Part shown: positions 54,092-64,000 of the stretch, piece by piece
How the letters are laid out: each line of letters begins with the position of its first letter
Position numbering within the stretch: position 1 is the first letter of the stretch
DNA from: the human T2T-CHM13v2.0 reference genome, Homo sapiens
NCBI RefSeq assembly: GCF_009914755.1
Contig: NC_060929.1
Length of the DNA: 64,000 nt
Strand: one strand, 5' to 3'
Notes under the pieces: generated by a model
What the model was told of the DNA's origin: nothing
The model's input: only the letters and a program-made list of their open reading frames with translations
Databases searched by the model: none
Translations under genes and position numbers: made by a program

Positions 54092-57000
54092 TTCAGAAAG
54101 AGGCCTGGTAAACACAGCACTGGCTATATGGAAGGCACTTAAAAGAATGTGCAAGTCAAAGTGGCAGGGCTCAAAGAGTGTAAATTTTGGTGAAGAAAGT
54201 TAAAAAAGGAGGGAGAAGCCCTTTGAAAATCAGGTGATAAAGGAAAGCTCAAAAAAGCAAAATTTAGATACCTGAGAAACAAAAGAGAACCTTTTTCCTA
54301 CCAGAAAAATCATAGAACAACCCCAGCTACAAAGAAAGCATACTGCATTACAATGAAGAGAACAATCTTAAACTAGGAATTCTTATCAGAAAAAATAAAA
54401 ATCACTAACATACAAAGTAACTCTGAGATGAAAATACAGCAAATGAAACGCTAACACCTAAGTATATGAAAATCTGCCTCTACTCCCAAGAAATAGGCAT
54501 GAATCAGAAGAAAACTGTAATGTAGCACTCCACACTCAAATACATACCCTCAAACAACCATTTGGAAATAAAAAACGAAATTAAAAGCTAAAAACAGATG
54601 AACAAACAATAGAAATAAAAAGAGAAATAGTGTTAGAAAAGAAATAGAAGAAAAAGACAAAATAAGAAATAAATTTTAAATTACAGGATGACTAAGGAAG
54701 AATAATCTCAAATGAAAATACAAGGGACACTGAAAAAAGGAGAAAACATCCAAGAGAATAAAAATGAGATAAGTCAAAAAGGTCAAAGAGAAAGTGGCTG
54801 AAAAGAAGGTCAGGCAAAAAAATAAGAACAGACACTAAAATGGAATTCCTAAAAAGAAAAAAAAGAAGGAAAAAAAAAAAAGCAAATGCAAAATAATGGA
54901 CTAGAACTAGGGGTCAGCAATGGCCCAAAGGCTAACTCTGGCCTGCAGTCTGGATTTGTATGGCCCTCGAGTTAAGAAAATGGACAATTACACTCATAAT
55001 AAAAGAAATAATAAAATGAAAAATCATGAGAGGAGGGCAGCAAAATTAAAAATATACTGAAATATCACTTTTCGACTACCAGAAAAAAAGGTAAAAACAA
55101 AAAAAGTATAACGCTTTTTATTGGTGAGGCTATGTGAAAACAGGCACTCTCCTATATTGGTAGGAAAACAAACTGGTCTATCCTTTTTGGAGAGAAAATG
55201 GGCAATCTCTAATAAAATTACATATGCATTTACCTTTTGATCAGGCAATTCCACTACCAGAAATTTACCCTGAAGATGTATCTATAACAATATAGAAATA
55301 TATATGCAGGAAGTTATTAATTACAGCATTATTTGTAATTGCAAAATATATGCTCTAAATGTAGAATAGCTGAAAAAAACCATGGTACATCTGCACATCC
55401 ACACAGTGGAGTAATATAATAGGAAACTATAAGAAAAAGAGAAAAATCTCTCTGAACTGATAAGGAGTAATTTTCACATTGTATTGGTGTTTTTTTTTTC
55501 TCCCAAGCTATATTGTTAAGTGAAAAAAGCAAACAGCAAAAAAAAAAGAATATGGTATGCTACCTTATGAAGAAAGGAAAAGCATTAAAAATATCCATAT
55601 CTTCTCATCAATAAGAAATGTAAGAAAGATAAACTGAAAACTAACGAGAATAGTTACCTACAGGGTGACAGGGAACAAGATGTTAAGTATGGGAGTTAAG
55701 AAGAGGGGGGAATACAGGGAGGGTGAGGGGCAAGGAGTCACACTTCTCTGTATATATCTTTTTGTATAGTTCTGACCTTAAGAACCAAATTAGTTTTTCA
55801 CATATTAAGTAAATAAATAAAGTCAACGAAGTTGTGGGCAGGAGAGAGCTAAGTGAAGGAAAAGCCTAAAATGGAATTCAAAGAGAAACAAATAACCTAA
55901 TGGTACTTCAAACAGATAACATAACCATATTAAAGGGGGGAAATAAAATAAGTAACTGGAGTACTTCTTAAATATAGTACTTTGACTATATGCCCTCAGA
56001 CTCAAAACAAAAAGAACCAATGTATTCTGGGTAATAGGAGCCAGGACTGCTTGTCACTATCAGAAATGGAGTCATAAATGAAAGGACGAAAGTTAAAATG
56101 AGCCCTGTGGTGTTAAGACTGAAATTTGAGGCATCACGATAGATTCATGATTTTAATATATAGACATATAAATAGATACAGAAATATAGATTCTGTGTGT
56201 CTGTAAGGGGATGCCTATGTACACATACATTTCCTATCTCTGCCCGAGAAAAGGCCTAGAAGTAATGACATCGCAATACCAATGAGCATACTTAGTACCC
56301 AGATTCTAGTTTCTAAACCCTATCCTCCAACAAGAATAACCAAGGCTCCTCAAAGAAATGACTGATTCCAGAGCTGAGGATGGAAAAGTAGAAGATAAAC
56401 CTGGAATATCTTGTGCCAGAAAGCAAGGAGGTCTTCAAAGAATGAGGGTAACATGTCAAAAGGGCATAGAGCCTACTAAAAGGGGTTCCACAGGCCTAAT
56501 CTAGGACAATCTGAGCATCAAAATAATGACAGTAACAGATTACAACCCACTGAATAAAATAAGAAACTGAAGTCCATAGAGATATAAATAAGTAAGTATA
56601 AGTAAATAAATAAATGCAGAGAGAAAGTTTTTTTCAAACAGTAGAATTTTAACTGATATTTATAGGAAGGATGCTAGAGCTGGAAAATCATCAATGCATA
56701 CTAACAACACTATTGGATAAAAATTTGATTAGGGACTCACTGAATATTTAGTCTCCAGGTATCTCACCACAAGATATTCGGTAATTACAAAGGGAAAAAC
56801 ACTAACTTTACAGAGAAAACTCTGGCATATGCCACCTTAACCAAGTGAGCAGACACAGGGCAAATCAACTTGCTGCACCTCCAAATACAGTGCACTGAGA
56901 AGACAGTATTACTTCTGTACTATTCATACCAAAAATTCTTATCACCCACCCTCCTATCAAACATAAATCTCTTTTCCTCTTAAAACTCCTTTAATGGTAT

Positions 57001-57647
57001 CTTCTTTCTGTATCCAGAGGCTTTTTAAAATTTGGGCTGTTGTGGAATCTACAAAAATATGATCCACTGTTACACACTCACTTAAATGCAACTCCATTCT
57101 TCTTAGGAACTCACAGGCATTTTCATTTTGAAATATTGCCTATGAAAAGTTGAATTAACAGCCTAAAATATTCTAACAGCCTCAAAATAATCTATAAAAT
57201 GAAAAACTTCATATTTGGGAAATAATAAACCTGGAATGCAGAAGTTTTATTTCTCCTTTTATACAGAGATGACACAGTAGAGCAAAGGATAGTTCTGGCT
57301 AAGACTAAGCTTTCCTTACTAATGCCAATAAAAAGATGAGAGAAATAGTCTCACCAAAGATAACATAATCTTCCAGTTTGCTTGTCAGGACTCTCTACTA
57401 ACTCCTGCTAGAATAGGCTGTCAATATTCGACTTTCAGATTTTACTTATTTTTCTTTTAAGTCAACCAATCCCTTTCTTATAAAGATACTGCTTCTTTAA
57501 ATAAAATCATATTAAATTTTAATGGCCAAGGAGTCAATCTGCACTTTAAGATTATTTCTTTATTGTGTTCTGATACACAATTTACCAAAAAGCAATCTTA
57601 ATGCTCTTATTTACAAATTGTTGGCGGAAGAGATGAGACATACACTA

Positions 57648-57953
<306 letters not shown>

Positions 57954-57954
57954 T

Positions 57955-57998
57955 TATTCTACTTTTATTATTCAATATTCTACTTTTATTATTCAATA
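57955..57998. repeat. 21-bp perfect tandem duplication
   Basis: tattctacttttattattcaa twice. Confidence 0.92.
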
Positions 57999-59171
57999 AA
58001 GAATAAGACTACTAACTTGAATAATATAAAACTTTCTCTAAATCATCATTCTACTACAAACTTTTGACTTCTTGGTATTTTTACACACTACCATGTTACT
58101 CCCTCCTGGATGCTTACTCAGCATAAGCTTATTTGATCCTAGCCAGGGACAGCTGCAGTATACTGGCTTGAGAATGGCAGAAAAAGTAAAAGGTAAAACC
58201 TGAGACCTACTGGGTATACGAAATTTCCAAGCCCAAGTTTTTCTATGTGAAATTTCTTCTAAATGTATACACAGATAACCATTTAATCGATTGATCATAT
58301 TGTATTTTAATTTTACATATTAGTTGTAGAGAGGCAGCAATCTATGTTGTGTATGTATTTATAAACAAGAATAAGGAAGCAATAATCAAAGACTACACTG
58401 AAATATTGAGACATAAGTCATATATGTACTGGATGAAGTAAATATTTAGTTTCATAGGGTTTCCAATTAATGTCAATTTATTCTACTTGTCTACATTTAT
58501 TTTTCCCTCATCAAGAGCAGTGTTTTGAAAACACTGACGGGAAAACAGAGCTATTAGTAGATGGAGCACAAAGAGTTAACAGCACAGCAGGATTTGTTTG
58601 CAGTCTTTTCCTTAATCTTTTCACTACTGCTTTATCGCTTCTCAGACTTAAAATTTTTTTTCTACCTTAAAGCTCCAGGAAGATTCATCTTTAGACACAC
58701 TATGTGAATCACCAAATATCAATGAACATACGAACTCCTTTTTCTATCCTTTAAAAATGTCATGGAAACTACCTACTCTGGAATACAATATTCAGTGTTC
58801 ACCCCTTTCTTCCCTAATCACCATAAAGCAAGGAACTGAGGTCCAGACTAAATGTATGCGTACTTCAAAATATCAATTTTTCATCTAGAATGTAAATTAG
58901 ATTCCAATCCTGAAATTATTCAACCATTTATTTATGTACCCATTGTTATTAAGAAGGAAGATAAAGGTGTTTGGCTATTGTAATTACTATTATTTTCACT
59001 CACAGAGGAAATCTGAGGTCACTTTTTTGACTATGCACTTAATTATGTACCTCGTAAGCTTTAGGTGGGGTTCTAATAGAGTATGATCCTCTAAAGATCT
59101 AGTATAGTACTGTATCCATTTTTTAGTTCCAATATATTTTTGTTTATTACAAAAAAAGTAACAAAGAATCA

Positions 59172-59330
<159 letters not shown>

Positions 59331-59542
59331 CTAAATACAAAATTAATATAGTACTAATTAATGAAGTGAAATGAAAACTTATTTCATTAAGAAATCTGAC
59401 ATAAGGTTTTAGTAAATAGTAAAATTAAATATGGCTTATACTGATTTGTATAGACATCTTATTGAGAAAAACAAATCTCCATTTTATGTATGTCTCTATA
59501 TGAATATGATTGCACAGGCTACTTAATCTTTAAATTCTTTGA

Positions 59543-59920
<378 letters not shown>

Positions 59921-60367
59921 TAAATGAAATACCACAGTAGTGATCACCATATAAGAAACTAAAAAACGATACAATTAAAATAAACTCTTCTGCCTTCTAT
60001 AATAAATGTAAACTTTTACAATCATTGAAATGCATAAAATCCTGGTTCTATTTCTCACTGGCTTGCTTAATGTTCCTAATCCTAGAAAATGAAGATATTA
60101 GTACATCACAAGGTTATTGTGACGATTAAGTAAGTTACTGTCTAAAAAGCTGTTACTTATCTTAATGGTGACTAAGTGCAAGGCAAATATCAGACGGACC
60201 ACTAGTTCTTTGGAGTCAAGATCCAAGGGTCTTGAAACCACCCATGAATCGTAAGATTTTCTTGCATACTTACCTTCTATGGTTCCTCACAGAATGAATT
60301 TGAATGGTGTTCACTACCCTTTTTATAATAATCTGAACCCACCCCACCTACCCACCTTTAGATACAC

Positions 60368-60665
60368 ATTTTTTTTTTTGAGATAGGCTTTGCTCCGTCA
60401 CCCAGGCTGGAGTGCAGTGGCACAATCTCGCTCACTGCAACCTCCGCCTCCAAGGCTCAAGCAATCCTCCTGCCCTGCCTCAGCCTCCCAGGTAGCCGAG
60501 ACTACAGGCACCTGCCACCACATCCAGCTAATTTTTGTATTTTATGTACAGAACAGGTTTTTCCCATGTTGCCCAGGCTGGTCTCAAACTCCTGAGATCA
60601 AGTGATCCATCCTCCTCATCCTCCCAAAGTGCTGGGATTGCAGGTGTGAGCCACTGTGCCTGGCC
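60368..60665 (-). mobile_element. Alu (J or old S)
   Basis: Full dimer ending cctggcc. Confidence 0.92.
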
Positions 60666-62833
60666 AGATATGCAGTTCTTTATATGGTCTCACAAATGTA
60701 CCAAGCAAATTTCCATCTTTATGTCTTTCATTCTAAGTTCCTCCTTAGAACTCAAGCTCTAGTTCTCCTGGCTATCCTATTCCACATTTACAACTGACTT
60801 CTTAGAATTCCTATTGCATATTTAACTTTTTGATACTTAAAGTAAATACCTGCTATGTTAAAACAACTGCATGGAAGCCAAACATAAATTAAATGTGGTC
60901 CTTAACCTTAAGAGCAGAAGATAAGTCTACTCAAATAATTACAATAGAATGTAATGAGTAGTCATAAGGGAGGGATAATAATAACATGGGTTTAAATAGG
61001 AATTCTTTTCTGCAGAAGAGGAGCCTGGGCAGGTATAGATGAAGAGGAGGTATTACAGGTAGAAGAAAAAGTAAACGCAAATTAGAGAAGGATAATTCTG
61101 GGGTGCACATTAAGGACAACACAAAATTTGCTAGAGAGCATGGGATTTGTGAAAGGAAATTGTGACAATAGTGGGAGGATCCATCAGTGTTTCTCAAAAA
61201 GTGCTCTACAGCCATTGAAGGTCCCAAGCATTTATCAGGTAAGTCAGTGAATGGTCCATAGGTAGTTTGGTGGCTTCAGAAGAAAACTCAGTGACAATAT
61301 TTTATTCATATACTGTACTGGACAATCTAATGTGCCTCCTCACATTCTCTTGGCCTAATCTGTCTCCTAGACGCTCAGTCACCACTCTCAGTGACGGTTC
61401 TATGTGATACCACTTGGAATATCTAGTTCCTTTTACCACCCAGAATTCAGATGAAGGTAATACAGCATGAAGTGAGACCTAGCTTGCCCAGAAGATATCA
61501 GGGTGCAGGTGAATGAAGGTCCAAAAAGGAGTTTCAGGAGACTCTGTGAACCAAGGGCAATAATGGTTTTTTCTTCAATTTTACTCCTGTTATTTTGAAA
61601 ATGTTTTGGTGCAGGCGTTGGTTGGGGGAAGGATCATATTTTAAAAGTAATGTTATTAAAGCACTGTAACAAATATAGGTAGACATCTATATATAGTATA
61701 GTACTATATAACGGTCATCATAACTAGTGGCACGATATTCTGTTCATTATGACTAAATGAAGACATTACCTGTATTCTGGATTAGCTTAAGGTGGAAAAT
61801 ATGATAGGCATGAAAAGGGACAAATTTTCTGAATCCTTTGTTTTCTCATTCCCTGCTAAATGCAGTGGGCACCCATAATTGGAGTCCTGCTGGTAAATTC
61901 ATATGACCTTGACACAGGCAAGCTGGTTTACAGCTTAAGGCAGAGGAAGAAAGCTGAAGTAGTACCTCTATCAAAGTATGTCATCTTCTTCAACATTACT
62001 GCTATTTATTCCAAAAATTTGAAGCTGATTACGGAAAAACTGGTAGCTCTCCACTTACCTTGCAAGTGGATACTCAGCCCAACAAGATACTGGCTTATAA
62101 CCATTACATAAGCAGGCTGGCCCCATCAGGGAAAAAGTTTCTATGGTGTGAGGCCGCTTTAGAAAAAATGATGCTTTTCTCCACTTTCTACTGTAGAAAA
62201 ATACTTGTATTTTGTGTACATACGGAACACCTACAAAGTTTCTTCTGGGTCTGCTCCTTTGAAGAAGAAATAAAGCTCCTCCCTCTGTTAGGACTCACTG
62301 TTTTTATATTGGCATGTGCTGGTATCAAGGCCTTTGGATATAACCATGAAGAAGTTCTGCATATTCTAATAAAAGTCATTAAAATAATCACTACCTAGGT
62401 CTTCAATCACTGCCTTTAGAAGGGCTTTTTCTTTTATTCCTAAGAAATGTGAGCTAAATGTAGAGTCTTTCTATAAACACAACAAAGTTTACTGGCTTCT
62501 TACACAGCAGGTATCAAAACACTTCAGTGCTCTGTTTTCCTTTACTCAGGAAATCACCAATAACTTTTACACACAGATGTATGATACTGAGACAATTTTT
62601 TGTAACAATTAATAGAAATTTGTGTGTGTTTATGTACTGCATGTATTCTTCCCGGAAGAAAGTGCACTTCTTTGAGGAAGTAAAGTAGGTATAGGTTTCC
62701 TTTAAAGGATTTCAGTTTATAATATATATATATTATTAGACAACATTTAGCCACATTGAAATCTGGAAGCCTGTTTTTTTCTGTGTAACTTCTTAGTTTT
62801 CTCTTTTATTAAAATATCCCTACATCCCTTCTA

Positions 62834-62953
<120 letters not shown>

Positions 62954-63044
62954 TTAAAGTACACTTTATTTTTGCACAGATTCTAAAGCAGTTTAATTAC
63001 ACAATCTTTCAGAAACAGACTATTTTAGTCTCCATTTTCATACT

Positions 63045-63320
63045 GGCTAATGCTGAATGCTTACCATGTGCCAGGTCCATTCTAGGTGCTTATGGGAATT
63101 TCCTCATTTAATTTCCATATGAGTCACAAAAAACATAATTATTTCTATCATGTACCTTTTTTTAATAGCCCACCTCACTGCCTATACAGTCCTTTCATAC
63201 TTCTCCTGTCAGATCAATTTTTATGTGATCAACATGTTCAATCCCCCTTTCTACAGAACAGAAAACAGAAGCCCAGAGGTTAAGTGATTGTTCAAGGTAA
63301 CGGTTAATAACACAATAGGG
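63045..63320 (-). mobile_element. MIR fragments
   Basis: tgcttaccatgtgccagg...ctcatttaat and gaaaacagaagcccagaggttaagtgattgttcaagg. Confidence 0.7.
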
Positions 63321-64000
63321 TCTACTGTCTTTTTACTTTAACTCATTTAGTGTGTTTTTACTTTAACTCATTGCTTCTTTACATGGGAGCAAACTAAAGG
63401 TTTAAAGCTGAAGAGAAAATATGTACTTTGTATTTCCACATTAGCTAGACCTTCGTTCTGAGTCCAGTAATCCACTTGGCTTTGAAGTATGTAGAACACT
63501 GTAAGTTAGCACTTAGTCTCTCTCTACTCAATCAAAATATGTTTATCCATACTTTTTTTCTATCTAAAAATTTTCATTTCTCAAGATATCAATGGAATAT
63601 AAGTTGGGAACTTGAAAGAACAATCAACTATACAACAATTATGGTTTTAATAGCTATTAGAAAATCAGTATGATAGATGCAGAAAATAACAATGCAGTAT
63701 CAGCAGACTGTAAATGCACCGCTGATAAAAAAAAATCGAGTTGGTCTAAAAATAGTCTCTGATATGAAGAACTACCTTCATAAGAGATTATGACTAGTGT
63801 ATGACTAACTTCATTATTAACTGTTTTCACTCTCCTACTTCTGCATTAGGTACTATATTTTTTCAGCTTCTTATCCCCCCAAAAAACTTAAAATAGTAGC
63901 TTATACATTAATTCTTTGAACAAATTAGGAACCACTAAATTTAAACTCTCCACCAATTATCATCTCCCTACTGGCGAAAAATGTATTTTAAAAAGATACT

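Larger units (their letters stand above)
52740..56930 (+). mobile_element. Degraded L1MC-type element(s) (5' region, ORF2 end, long 3' UTR)
   Basis: A-rich ORF1-like block at 54400-54900; caggcactctcctatattgg...gcaattccact ORF2 end; ccaccttaaccaagtga 3' UTR motif; approximate. Confidence 0.6.

Noticed and set aside
60268-60340. Perfect AAG|GTAAGT donor in intron 3 (and another at about 28834 in L1 sequence)
   Set aside because: No adequate pyrimidine tract and acceptor at exon distance; such motifs arise by chance in AT-rich DNA.

Overview
This is primate genomic DNA, matching the human TRIM36-PGGT1B locus as I recall it (5q22.3); it is not microbial. The left end (about 150-1900) is a CpG island holding the first coding exon of TRIM36 (minus strand, MSESGEMSEFGYIMELIAKGK then AAG|GTAAGT). 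The right half holds seven minus-strand coding exons of PGGT1B (geranylgeranyltransferase type I beta; exons 3-9 by recalled numbering), all GT-AG bounded and phase-consistent, with the stop at 33743-33745 and an AU-rich 3' UTR running leftwards. The rest is mostly Alu, L1, L2, MIR, MaLR/ERVL LTR and DNA-transposon relics; boundaries of the old repeats are approximate and subfamily names are by eye. I find no evidence for a new multi-gene system. The best leads are regulatory or mutational: a candidate poison exon in PGGT1B intron 3 whose perfect 5' splice site is folded into a 9-bp hairpin; an antisense Alu with a strengthened donor in the last intron; a perfect U1 site in the 3' UTR; two tandem uORFs over the TRIM36 start codon; a near-perfect 59-nt mariner hairpin; and several templated-insertion or fold-back repair scars, two of which match sequence about 2 kb away.
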